Below are positions 1 to 9,575 of a DNA stretch of 64,000 nt, one piece after another. The stretch comes from Acidobacteriota bacterium (lineage in GTDB: Bacteria; Acidobacteriota; UBA6911; RPQK01; CBDAPI01): the NCBI GenBank assembly GCA_965249245.1, contig CBDFLV010000006.1, positions 1,658,327-1,722,326 of the forward strand, in the 5' to 3' direction. The position numbers were made by a program, and so were the translations under genes. Position 1 is the first letter of the stretch, and each line of letters opens with the position of its first letter. The notes beneath the pieces are model-generated. The model did no database searches, was not told the DNA's origin, and saw nothing but the letters and a program-made list of their open reading frames with translations.

Positions 1-645
1 GTCTTCTTTGTGACCCGTCTCAAAGACCGTGCCGATTACGAGGTCCTCGAAGACCGCCCGCTTCCCAAAAACCGTCGAGTCGTCCGTGACCAGGTGATTT
101 TCTTTCACGGACTGGCCGCCCAGGACAAAACCTGTTTCTTGCGCCTGGTCGAAATCCAAGATCCGCTCTCTGGCCGCCTCGTTTTTTTGACGAATCACCT
201 GGATTTCGGAGCCACCACCATTGCCGCAATCTACAAGGAGCGCTGGCAAATCGAGCTCTTTTTCAAGGCCCTCAAGCAGAATCTACGGGTCAAGACCTTC
301 GTCGGCACCTCGGCCAACGCCCTCAAGACCCAAATTTGGACAGCATTGATCGCTCTGCTGATCCTGAAGTTTCTGCAGCTCAAAGCAACCTTTGACTGGT
401 CACTGTCCAATCTGGCCGCACTGCTGAGGATGAACATGTTCGTTCATAGAGACTTGTGGAGGTGGTTGAACCAACCATTCAAGTTCCCACCCCTACTACC
501 GGAGAGCTCTCAACCCTCCTTCACCTTCTCGTAATCTGGACAGCACCATCGGAGACCTGGACATGAAAAGACTGAAAATCCCGTCCAAGACGCCAATAAA
601 ATCAAGGGGTTGATCATCGAATCTCAGCTAATTTGGACAGCAGTG
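1..645 (+). mobile_element. IS4-family insertion sequence, right part (left end outside window)
   Basis: Transposase C-terminus followed by terminal motif TTTGGACAGCAGTG ending at 645; an internal near-copy of this motif lies at 532-545. Confidence 0.85.
10..534 (+). CDS. IS4-family DDE transposase, C-terminal part
   Basis: FLTN...IAAIYKERWQIELFFKALKQ contains the IS4 YREK-type signature; frame is open to the window edge. Confidence 0.9.
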   Translation: MTRLKDRADYEVLEDRPLPKNRRVVRDQVIFFHGLAAQDKTCFLRLVEIQDPLSGRLVFLTNHLDFGATTIAAIYKERWQIELFFKALKQNLRVKTFVGTSANALKTQIWTALIALLILKFLQLKATFDWSLSNLAALLRMNMFVHRDLWRWLNQPFKFPPLLPESSQPSFTFS

Positions 646-2192
646 CTTTCAACGCGCGGCATCGTGTGATGTGCGATTTGGAAGGCGGCAGCCGCACTGC
701 ACCGTTTCCGATCATGGAAGGTGCTCACTTCGGCTGGTCAGGCGATGGGAGTTACCTCATGTGTGGCAACGGCCAGGTGCGAGGTGTACGGTACGATGAA
801 TCTCTTCCTGCAAATATTCATTTTCTCGCCGGGGTCCGGGTTGGGGATATCTGCCGGTGCGGCCTGAGCGGACGCTGGATCTGCGGCAGTACGGAGAGTG
901 GCAGGGGGCCGTTGCAACTGGCTGACACACGGTCCGGTGACGGCTGGATGGTCCTGAGAACTCATTCCGTGATCTGCTATCCGGGTTCGGGAGATCATTC
1001 CGGGCCTTACGATATCGATGCAAAAGGGAGTCCCGATGGCACGAAGATCGCCTTCATAACAAATTACGATCTAAAAAATGGCCCTTATACCAAGATAACT
1101 AAAGACGTGACCGGGGACCGTATCATAGTTCGCTCGACAGATGGATTTCCCGAAAAAGGCCTATTAGTCTCGGTCACCCACGCCATCGGTCTGACTGGCT
1201 TTCACACGGAAGTATTGAGTTATGACCGGAAGACCGACACCAGCTTCGAAGGCTTGACACGGGGGCTTTATGAAACGACGATTTCAAGCCCGGTGGCAGG
1301 TCAAACCGTTACCTCATTTGAAACGAGACTCATCGCCAGGGATAAGTGGCAAGAGCTGCCATTACCATCCAGAAGTCTGCGTAACATCATAACAGATGAG
1401 AATTCACCACTGAGAAAGCAACGCTCGTCTGATATTTATGTGGCAATCGTGCGTTTGCCGGACCAGCCTTATCTAGGAAAGATTGACGATCATGTGGAAT
1501 TGATTCCGGGAGAGAACCACTGGGAAATCTATGGCTATTCTATTTACCGGGATGGGAAAAAGGTGAGCAGCAATCCAATCCTGCCTGGCGCATCATTCTC
1601 AATAGATGAACCTGGAAAGTACACAGCCGTTGCCGTTGAATGGTCCGGGCTCGAAAGCAAAGAGAGCCACGCACTACAACTCACCGGCGGCACGACATTG
1701 AGAGTGCGTCAGGATAAGCCGTCCGATTTTTCCTGGACGGTCGATCGCTGGCTGATGGCAGGAAAGGAAGTGTCCGCGAAAAATGCCAAAAGAGCGAGCG
1801 AAGCTGTTAAAGAGATCGTCCATCGCTATGACGGTGTCATTCAGAGGGAGTGGTATAACTGGGGACAGATCTTGAAAAGACATGATCTAGATCTTGAAGG
1901 AAAACCCACACGTCATTTGTATTATCAGAATAGCGTGCTGGCAAGACGGGAGTATCACAAGCGGGACGGCAGTCATGTCAGCACGGAACATTTCGCTCCT
2001 GATGGCTACATAACGGAATCGGTTCGGTATGGGACCGTTGACGGAAAATCGCTTGAGATCAGTCACTGGTGGTATGAGAAGGCAGTGCCGGTAAGAAACA
2101 TTTCACGTGGTGCTGTTTTTGAGAGAGATGGCAGCAGATGGGTCCGCAAGTCAAAAATGTTTGGTGAAGGCTTGAGCCGGAACTTCGATTAG
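646..2192 (+). pseudogene. 3' part of a large hypothetical protein interrupted by IS4 (TolB-like repeat, Fn3-like segment, YwqK/MORN-like C-terminal repeats)
   Basis: The ORF-track start (633) lies inside the IS end, so the true start is beyond the IS. Motifs: SPDGTKIAF, YSIYRDG...YTAVAVEWSGLES, repeated EWY/HLYY/REY-x-x-G units. Visibly less GC-rich than neighbours. Confidence 0.6.
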
Positions 2193-2473
2193 TATGGCTG
2201 GCCCGTAACTTGCTGTGTGCTTCCTAAGACCAAGGTAGCACTTTATTCCGGAGACATGGGTGACTGTCCCTCCGAAAAACTCCATCCAACCGGTGAGGGA
2301 GCTTGTGGGCGCAGGCTCAGGTTGCGAATCTGAATAATCTTCCTCGGCGAGCACTACGAACCACGATGAGAATTAGTGGACAGGCGTTTGCTTTGCGGTT
2401 GAAGAAGCCTCCCAGACAGACCTTGCCCATGTCGGACAGATGTTGAGCGAATCAGTCGGTTGTGACTTGAGTC

Positions 2474-3082
2474 CTACGCCGCCACCCGTTCGTAGCGATG
2501 GTGAAGGCCACCGCAGATCGGAAACGAGTTGCGCAGGAAGGGCAGCCAGTTCGAAGGCTTGTCAGGCTGATTCTTCGGATGATCCATGTACTTGCGGATG
2601 GTGTCGTCACAAGGAGGATCGCAGACGAGAAGCCGCAGGGTGTCCCCGATTCGTTCGGCACTCCATAAAGGATTCTCTCGGCTCAGCTTGCGAATCAGAT
2701 CGCGCATCTCCTTTGGCACGAGAGGCCGGCCGGGGCGGCTCCTCGACTTGCGGCGCCGGTAGAGACGGAATGCCGTGGTGTGCCATCGCTTGACCGTCGC
2801 CGGCTGCATCAGTTGTGCAACCTGATGCCATTGATCCCAGACCCTGGAGAGCAACACCCAAAGAAGTCTGAAAGCACTGGTGAATCTGGGTCTCGGCCGA
2901 TCCTTCTCAAGGATCCGACGCTTGCACGCGGCCAACTGACTCTTTGCCGCTACGACTCGTGCCGCCAAAGTTACCCGTGAGCTGAAGAAAGCCGATAGAA
3001 ATGTATAGACGAATTCGGCAGCTTGCCTGAGATCAGAACTTGTCCTGAGGATGAGCTGGAACAGGCAACGAATCTTTCTCAT
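2474..3082 (-). pseudogene. Integrase-core transposase remnant lacking the catalytic core
   Basis: ATG at 3082 (MRKIRCL); N-terminal QPATVKRWH/RPGRP/ENPLWSAERI region joins directly to the C-terminal GGLHHRYERVAA motif, with no DDE region between. Confidence 0.75.
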
Positions 3083-3223
3083 GGCCCGCAGGATACGAGG
3101 CCTTGAGCTCCACCTCAAGATCGTAAATATTCGGTAAACCCCGTCTTGCAATAATCTCCTTCCAAATAAGCCCGCGGTCAAACTTTGCTGGACACAGAAG
3201 CTGCGAGTGTGTATACAGGGAGC

Positions 3224-4846
3224 ATGCAGCTGAGTGCTACCACCAAGCCGGAATCGGGTGGACTGACGGCTGATGGCTCGACGAAGCGGGTTTTGGTGGC
3301 CAAGGAAGAGTACATCCGGCTGCGCTGGGCGGCAGCGTACTGGAAGGCCCAGCATGCCGGGGCGGTGGAGAGAGAAAAGCAGTTGAAGTCAGAGAACTTG
3401 AGTCTGCGGGCTCGAGTTCGAGAGCTGGAGAGTCAGCTCTGGGGGCGCAAGAGTGAACAGGCCAAGGGTGGGCGCGCTGGCAGTTCCAGCCCCAAGGCGA
3501 GCGGGCGACCCCGAGGGCAGCAAAAAGGCAAGCAGGGGCACGGTCGGACCACTCTGGACGGGTTGGCAGCCCAGGAAGAGGTAGTGGATCTGGAGGAAGC
3601 CCAAAAAAGCTGTCCGAAATGCGGTCTGGCACTGGAAGCCTTGGGCTGGACGGAAGACGCCGAGGTGGCCGAAATCGAAGTGCGGGCCCACCGGCGGGTG
3701 ATCCGGCGGCGCAAGTACAAAGCGGCCTGCCGCTGCGGGGTGCTGCCCGGCATTGTCACGGCGCCCGCCCCGGCACGCTTGATTCCCAAAGGCAAACTAG
3801 GGATTTCGGTTTGGGTGGAGATTCTGCTGGAGAAGTTTGACCATTGCCGCCCCACCCACCGTCTGTTGCAGCAGTGGCGAGACCACGGTTTGACTCTCTC
3901 TGCAGGAACGGTGGCCGGAGGGCTGAAAAAACTGCAGGGTCTGTTTTTGCCGGTGGCCGAGGCGATCGCCCAGCAGCAGCTCACCCAGGAGAACTGGCAA
4001 GCCGACGAGACCGGCTGGCCGGTGTTTGTGGCGGTGGAAGGCAAAAGCGGACGGCTCTGGCATTTGTGGGTGTTTTTGTCGGCCTCCACAGTCGTGTACC
4101 AGCTCCAACCCAGTCGCTCGTCTGCAGTGCCTCAATCTCACTTCGGCAGCGCCCAGGGCACTTTACTCACCGATCGATATTCTGCCTATAAGAAGCTGGT
4201 CCGGGTCTCAGAGGGGCGTATTTGCCATGCCTTTTGCTGGGCTCACGTGCGCCGCGACTTTTGGCGACTGGGCCTATCCCACCCCCCCTGGCAGGACTGG
4301 TCCCTGATGTGGATTGACGACATTGGCCGGCTCTTTGCTGCCAATCAGCTGCGGCTGGCAGTTCGCGATCAGCCCTTGGAATGGGCCCGGGCCGATCGAA
4401 AGCTGCGGGTGGCGGTTGAGAAAATGCGAGAGCAATGCGAGGCTCAACGCCAGCTTCCCAGCCTGGCTCCCCCCTGTCGCAAGGTCCTGAAAAGCCTGGC
4501 TCGACACTGGCCAGGGCTGACCGTGTTTGTGGATCAACCGGAAGTGGCTATGGACAACAACGCCGCCGAACGCGCCTTGCGCAACCCGGTGGTGGGACGC
4601 AAGAATTACTACGGCTCAGGCAGCCGCTGGAGCGCCCAGTTGGCGGCCAGCTTATTCAGCATCTTTGCCACCCTGCGACTCAACGGCCTCAACCCCCGCC
4701 TGTGGCTCAGGGACTATCTGCAGGCCTGCGCTAGGCAAGGCGGACAGCCGCCACCCGACCTGGATCCTTTTCTTCCCTGGGAAATAAGCCCCCATCGTGC
4801 CCGCGCATTGACCTGGGCCAGGACGCCGGCAGCGGAGGCTGGATGA
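3224..4846 (+). CDS. tnpC: IS66-family transposase TnpC
   Basis: Coiled-coil leader, CPKCG zinc finger, ADETGW, LTDRYSAY, CWAHVRR, DNNAAERALR motifs; ATG 3224 follows an AGGGAG RBS. Confidence 0.92.
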   Translation: MQLSATTKPESGGLTADGSTKRVLVAKEEYIRLRWAAAYWKAQHAGAVEREKQLKSENLSLRARVRELESQLWGRKSEQAKGGRAGSSSPKASGRPRGQQKGKQGHGRTTLDGLAAQEEVVDLEEAQKSCPKCGLALEALGWTEDAEVAEIEVRAHRRVIRRRKYKAACRCGVLPGIVTAPAPARLIPKGKLGISVWVEILLEKFDHCRPTHRLLQQWRDHGLTLSAGTVAGGLKKLQGLFLPVAEAIAQQQLTQENWQADETGWPVFVAVEGKSGRLWHLWVFLSASTVVYQLQPSRSSAVPQSHFGSAQGTLLTDRYSAYKKLVRVSEGRICHAFCWAHVRRDFWRLGLSHPPWQDWSLMWIDDIGRLFAANQLRLAVRDQPLEWARADRKLRVAVEKMREQCEAQRQLPSLAPPCRKVLKSLARHWPGLTVFVDQPEVAMDNNAAERALRNPVVGRKNYYGSGSRWSAQLAASLFSIFATLRLNGLNPRLWLRDYLQACARQGGQPPPDLDPFLPWEISPHRARALTWARTPAAEAG

Positions 4847-5703
4847 AACGCTTCTGCGGGCGAGACTTTAGCGGCCGGGAGATGCGGCGACTGTGTGAGC
4901 TGATTGGCGAAGATCCGACCCGCTCGCGGGCCCAGCTCTCCCGCTTGGCCTGCCAGCTCTTGGGCTGGTTCAAGCCTGACGGTGGCCTCAAGGAGATGAG
5001 CTGCCGGGTGGCCATGCTGCGCATGCATCGGCAGGGGTTGCTGCAGCTGCCGCCCCCTCGCAACCCGAAGGGAGGCTCGGGCCCAATCAAGCACACTTTC
5101 TGCAGCGCACCACAACCGCTGCTGTCCCGACCCGTGCACGAGCTGTCCGGCCTGCATCTGGAGCCGGTCCTGAGCCGCCCCGACTCCACTTTGTGGAATG
5201 AATACATCGACCGCTACCACTATCTGGGATACAAGCCCCTGCCGGGTGCTCAGCTGCGCTACTTCGCTTGTTCCGAAAGCCGCATCCTGGCCCTGCTCGG
5301 CTTTGGCGCCGCCGCTTGGAAAACCGCCCCTCGCGACCGCTTCATCGGCTGGCGTCCTTCGGAAAGGGAGAGAAACCTTCAACTGATCGTCAACAACGCC
5401 CGTTTCTTGATCCTTCCCTGGGTCGAGTCCAAGAACCTGGCCTCTAAACTGCTGGCCATGGCCGCGCGTCAACTCCCCGAGGACTGGCACGACCGCTACG
5501 CCTACCGACCCGTTCTGCTGGAAACCTTCGTCGACACGGGGCGCTTCACAGGCGCCTGCTACAAGGCCGCCAACTGGATCCATGTCGGACAGACCCAGGG
5601 CCGGGGCAAGCTGGACCGTGACCGCAAGGCCGATCTGCCCACCAAAAGCATCTGGCTCTACCCCCTGAGCAAACACTTCCGAAGATCGCTTCGCTCCACT
5701 TGA
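4843..5703 (+). CDS. DUF4338-domain protein (DruA-like) with N-terminal HTH-like segment
   Basis: YIDRYHYLGY, NNARFLILPW, NLASKLL, LETFVD, GACYKAANW motifs; ATGA overlap with the tnpC stop; lies inside the IS66 TIRs. Confidence 0.85.
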   Translation: MKRFCGRDFSGREMRRLCELIGEDPTRSRAQLSRLACQLLGWFKPDGGLKEMSCRVAMLRMHRQGLLQLPPPRNPKGGSGPIKHTFCSAPQPLLSRPVHELSGLHLEPVLSRPDSTLWNEYIDRYHYLGYKPLPGAQLRYFACSESRILALLGFGAAAWKTAPRDRFIGWRPSERERNLQLIVNNARFLILPWVESKNLASKLLAMAARQLPEDWHDRYAYRPVLLETFVDTGRFTGACYKAANWIHVGQTQGRGKLDRDRKADLPTKSIWLYPLSKHFRRSLRST

Positions 5704-5916
5704 GTTCCCAACCCGCCTCACCCCATTAGGCATAAAGCCGATGATGGGTTTACCGAATATTTACTCAAGATCCGCGTAAGTCATTGCTGTAAAAGGTGGA
5801 CGGTATTTTTCGGGGGGACAGCGGCCAAACTGCAGACCTACCCGGAGCTTCTCGAAGGCGCCGCCTGTGAGGGTAGCGGCAAGTTCGGCCCGAAATAGTA
5901 GTAGAATAAAGTCGCT

Positions 5917-6129
5917 ATGGAGAACGAATACACCGCCGTTGTTCGTCGGGACGGAGACTGGTGGATTGGGTGGATCGAGGAGATCCCAGGAGTAAATTCC
6001 CAAGGGGCCAGCCGCGATGAGCTCATGGACAATCTGAGATCAGCCCTGACCGAGATGCTGGAAATGAACCGAGCGGAGGCCAAGAGTGTCGCTGGGGATG
6101 ACTTCGAAGAGGTTCGTATTTCCGCTTGA
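5917..6129 (+). CDS. hicB: HicB-family antitoxin (short form)
   Basis: YTAVVRRDGDWWIGWIEEIPGVNSQG...L; typical partial RNase H-fold HicB, with no obvious DNA-binding tail. Confidence 0.88.
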   Translation: MENEYTAVVRRDGDWWIGWIEEIPGVNSQGASRDELMDNLRSALTEMLEMNRAEAKSVAGDDFEEVRISA

Positions 6130-6311
6130 AGCGGCGAAGGCTCCTTTCTCATCTCACAAAGAACGGCTGCGCCCTGATTCGTGAGGGTGCTAAACATTCC
6201 TGGTGGGGAAACCCTTCCACTGGCTCCAAGTCGGCCGTACCGCGCCATACTGAGATAAGCGATCAGCTGTGCCGAAAGATCTGCAAGGACCTTGGAATCA
6301 ACCGTCCCTGA
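6126..6311 (+). CDS. hicA: HicA-family mRNA interferase toxin
   Basis: 61 aa, REGAKH...VPRHTEI...ICKDLGI; 4-nt overlap with hicB. Confidence 0.88.
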   Translation: MKRRRLLSHLTKNGCALIREGAKHSWWGNPSTGSKSAVPRHTEISDQLCRKICKDLGINRP

Positions 6312-6328
6312 ATTAGTGGAAATATACC

Positions 6329-7542
6329 CGTATGGTGCCAAAACTCGACTGACTCGTCACGCCGCCTCCCGATGGTAATAGCTGAGCATTCCACCGAGGC
6401 GCTCTCGGCGTAGCACTGGGCCTTGAGTCGGGGTGTCCTTTGGCAAAGATTCGATTAACCGGTTGTCCAGTCCTTGGTGATTCCTCTCGCGGTGATAATG
6501 ACTGAGGTACTCACGGACCGCCCTTCGAAGGTGATGCTCCCCCAGCAGGATCATCCTCTCTAAACATTCCTTTTTGATTGATCGCACGAATCTCTCCGCG
6601 TAGGCATTCAAATCCGGACTCTGAGCCGGCAACTTCACGGTCCTCACACCACCAGACGCCAGAATGTCAGCAAACTCTCGCGTGTATAGTGGGTCTCGGT
6701 CGTGGATCAGATACTTGGTTTTCTTGAGGAACCCATCGACGACATCAGTCAGATTGCGGGCAATCTGCTTCATCCACTCTCCGTAAGGTTGTTGAATTAT
6801 CCCTGCGACCTCGACGCGCCGGGTCTTAAGATCGATCACAAAAAGTACGAAGTAGCGAACCAGGCCAGCCTTGGTGATGATCTCCAGGGAGAAGAAGTCG
6901 GCAGCAGCGATCGCTCCCCAATGGGCTTTCAGGAAAGTCTCCCACGGCATCCCCCTGCCTCGCTCCGGAGCCGGCTCGATACCGTTTTCTTTCAGGATTC
7001 TTTTGATGGTGTTCCGCTCAATCCGGTGGCCCAGATTACGCAAAGCGCCTCTGATTCGAGTGTACCCCCAGGTGTGATTGTCTTCTGCCATCCGAACGAT
7101 GAGTGCCCGGATCTCTTGCGAACTCCGGGGGCGGCCTGGTCTGCGCTGCTGGCTGCCGTCGTACTTCTTGGCGATCAACTCTCTGTGCCAATGCAGCAGC
7201 GTATCCGGTGTGACGATGCAGGCAAGCTCCCTCAGGGCCGCGCGTCCCACGACCTTGGCCTTTTGAGCGAGCCGCCGTCTCTGGGTGTTGGTGAGGCGCA
7301 GCCGTTTGTTGCCCACCTGTTCACGGAGTACGCGGTTCTCCTCTTTGAGGTAATCGATTGCATCCTGCTGTGCACGATTGACCCAACCCGCCCACATCAT
7401 CAGCAGAAACTTCAACGGCAAGTTCATGAAGGCTATCGTATTCCATTCGTCCAGGCCGATCAGACGAAATGGCCATCAGAAGAGAGGGCACAGGATCTGA
7501 AGCACCCTCCGATTCCGGTCAGCGGAGTTTTGGCACCATACG
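6329..7542 (-). mobile_element. rve/integrase-core IS with 18-bp perfect TIR
   Basis: CGTATGGTGCCAAAACTC (6329-6346) and GAGTTTTGGCACCATACG (7525-7542) bracket a single transposase; no TSD seen. Confidence 0.85.
6357..7427 (-). CDS. Integrase-core (rve) DDE transposase, apparently intact
   Basis: ADFF, IHDRD, PDLNAYAERFVRSIKKECL, YHRERNHQGL motifs. Confidence 0.9.
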   Translation of the reverse strand: MNLPLKFLLMMWAGWVNRAQQDAIDYLKEENRVLREQVGNKRLRLTNTQRRRLAQKAKVVGRAALRELACIVTPDTLLHWHRELIAKKYDGSQQRRPGRPRSSQEIRALIVRMAEDNHTWGYTRIRGALRNLGHRIERNTIKRILKENGIEPAPERGRGMPWETFLKAHWGAIAAADFFSLEIITKAGLVRYFVLFVIDLKTRRVEVAGIIQQPYGEWMKQIARNLTDVVDGFLKKTKYLIHDRDPLYTREFADILASGGVRTVKLPAQSPDLNAYAERFVRSIKKECLERMILLGEHHLRRAVREYLSHYHRERNHQGLDNRLIESLPKDTPTQGPVLRRERLGGMLSYYHREAA

Positions 7543-7697
7543 CGGTATCATGCAGTATCACGAGCTTCATCTCCATCCCCGTTGTGCTAAGTCAGATGAA
7601 CACACAAGAAGTCGTCGAGTTCGGGACACTGGACGAACCGCCTTCTCAACCTTCAACTAAATTCGGGACAGCCTCGATTTTAGTAACATAGGTCATC

Positions 7698-8720
7698 ATG
7701 CCGAGTCGAGACCCTTCCCCTCCTCCGCCCCGAGTTGCTGTTCTCGGATGTGGGTACTGGGGGAAAAATCTGGTCCGAAACTTCCGTGCCCTGGGTGCTC
7801 TCTATCAGGTCTGCGACATTGACTCCAGCCGTCTGGCCGGACCGCCAGGCCAGAGTGAGGTTTCGTTCACGAATTCCTACCAGGAGATTCTGGAAGAACA
7901 GGCCGTTGAAGCAGTCGTGATTGCCACTCCGGCTGCCGATCACTACCGCCACACTCGAGCAGCTTTGCTGGCCAACAAGGATGTCTTCGTTGAGAAGCCG
8001 CTGGCATTGACATGCGAAGAAGGCGGCGAGCTGGTCGAGATGGCCAGTGATCGGGGCTGCATTCTGATGGTCGGCCATGTTCTCGAATATCATCCGGCTG
8101 TCACTCGACTGCTCCAGCTACTGGAGGACGGAGCACTGGGAATTCTGCGCTACATCTACTCTCACCGGTTGAGCCTGGGAAAGATCCGCTCTGAAGAGAA
8201 CATCCTGTGGAGCTTCGCTCCCCATGACATTGCCGTCATTCTACGTATGATTGGCAAGCTTCCCCTGGAAGTTTCCGCCTTCGGCGGCAGTTACCTCCAG
8301 CCCAATATCGCTGACGTTACTGTCACTCACCTGCTCTTTGACAAAGGCGTGCGTGCCCACATCCATGTTTCCTGGCTGCACCCCTTCAAAGAGCAGAGGC
8401 TGGTGATGATCGGCTCCCGGAAGATGGCCTCCTTCGATGATGTCGGCAAGCGCTTGATCCTGTATGACCAGCGAGTGGAAATCGGGGCCGGTGGACCGGT
8501 GCCCATCAAAAGTGATGGTGAAGAGGTGCACTTTTCAGAAGATGAGCCGCTGCGCCTGGAGTGCGAGGCCTTTCTGGAAGCTGTGCAGAGCCGCCGCCCG
8601 CCCAGGACTGACGGGGCCAGCGGACAGCGGGTTCTCAATGTGCTGCAGGCCGCCCAGCAGTCATTGATCATGAACGGCCAGCCGGTGGTGCTGCCCTTTG
8701 AAAAGCAGGTGGTCGCGTGA
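7698..8720 (+). CDS. Gfo/Idh/MocA oxidoreductase (WbpB/WlbA-like UDP-GlcNAcA 3-dehydrogenase)
   Basis: [32 protein letters not shown] motifs; adjacent to a WbpD-like gene. Confidence 0.85.
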   Translation: MPSRDPSPPPPRVAVLGCGYWGKNLVRNFRALGALYQVCDIDSSRLAGPPGQSEVSFTNSYQEILEEQAVEAVVIATPAADHYRHTRAALLANKDVFVEKPLALTCEEGGELVEMASDRGCILMVGHVLEYHPAVTRLLQLLEDGALGILRYIYSHRLSLGKIRSEENILWSFAPHDIAVILRMIGKLPLEVSAFGGSYLQPNIADVTVTHLLFDKGVRAHIHVSWLHPFKEQRLVMIGSRKMASFDDVGKRLILYDQRVEIGAGGPVPIKSDGEEVHFSEDEPLRLECEAFLEAVQSRRPPRTDGASGQRVLNVLQAAQQSLIMNGQPVVLPFEKQVVA

Positions 8721-9364
8721 GCGCCCACCAGAATTCTCAATCGAGCCTCTCCGAAAAACCCTACTTTGTCCACTCCAGTGCCTTCGTGGATGAGCCCTGC
8801 TGGATTGGGAAAGGCACCAGAATCTGGCACTTCTGCCACATCATGAAAAATGCGACCATCGGCCGTGGCTGCAGACTCGGTCAAAATGTGTTTGTAGCCA
8901 GCCATGTCGTGGTCGGCAACAACGTCAAGATCCAGAACAACGTTTCTCTCTACACGGGAGTCGAACTGGAGGACGACGTGTTCTGCGGGCCATCCTGTGT
9001 TTTTACCAATGTGGTGAATCCGCGCTCCCAGATCGTCCGGCGTGATCAGTATGAGAGCACGTTGGTCCGAACCGGTGCTACCATCGGCGCCAACGCCACT
9101 CTGGTGTGTGGTTGCACGATTGGGCGCTATGCATTTGTGGGCGCCGGTGCGGTGGTGCGCGGTGACGTCCCGGACTACGCCCTTATGCTGGGAGTCCCTG
9201 CCCGCCAGAGGGCCTGGATGAGCCGCCACGGTCACAGGCTGCCGATCCAGGGGAAGGACGGAGTGTTTGTCTGCCCGGAGTCAGGCTGGCGATACCAGGA
9301 AATTGAGACGAGGGTGTTGCGATGTCTGGACTGGCCGGAGGAGAAACCGCTCTCGAGCAGATGA
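8717..9364 (+). CDS. Hexapeptide-repeat N-acetyltransferase (WbpD/WlbB-like)
   Basis: [37 protein letters not shown] motifs. Confidence 0.9.
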   Translation: MSAHQNSQSSLSEKPYFVHSSAFVDEPCWIGKGTRIWHFCHIMKNATIGRGCRLGQNVFVASHVVVGNNVKIQNNVSLYTGVELEDDVFCGPSCVFTNVVNPRSQIVRRDQYESTLVRTGATIGANATLVCGCTIGRYAFVGAGAVVRGDVPDYALMLGVPARQRAWMSRHGHRLPIQGKDGVFVCPESGWRYQEIETRVLRCLDWPEEKPLSSR

Positions 9365-9450
9365 AAGTCTCTCTACTTCGGGTGGACAACCCCGGAGTAA
9401 AGCCTCCCCTTGCCTTACTGCGCGACTCCGGATATAGCCCTATTCGATAG
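9361..9450 (+). pseudogene. Possible start stub of a DegT/WbpE aminotransferase (deletion scar)
   Basis: ATGA-coupled to the acetyltransferase stop; begins MKVSLL, like the MKVPLLDL start of DegT enzymes, then stops after 29 codons. Confidence 0.3.
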
Positions 9451-9575
9451 GAAGTCCTTGTGCATGCCTTGAGCACGCTCTAACCTGACAGGGGGGAAGG
9501 AGGTCGTTGATCTCTTTTACCCATGGTGCTCCTTCGAAGGGGTAGATCTGTGTCCGAGATCGGGACGCGCATCTT

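Larger units (their letters stand above)
3123..5764 (+). mobile_element. IS66-family element (no tnpA/tnpB) carrying a DUF4338 gene
   Basis: Perfect 19-bp TIR GTAAATATTCGGTAAACCC (3123-3141; reverse complement 5746-5764) and 8-bp TSD TCAAGATC (3115-3122, 5765-5772). Confidence 0.95.
2265..5820 (-). mobile_element. Internally deleted rve/integrase-core IS (IS3/IS481-like) with IS66 nested inside
   Basis: Inverted termini TGTCCCTCCGAAAAA (2265-2279) and TTTTTCGGGGGGACA (5806-5820), 14/15 match; no TSD seen; only ~0.9 kb remains after removing IS66. Confidence 0.7.

Noticed and set aside
4843-5703. DUF4338 gene as a Druantia defence system
   Set aside because: No DruE-like helicase or other Dru genes are nearby, and the gene lies inside IS66 TIRs.
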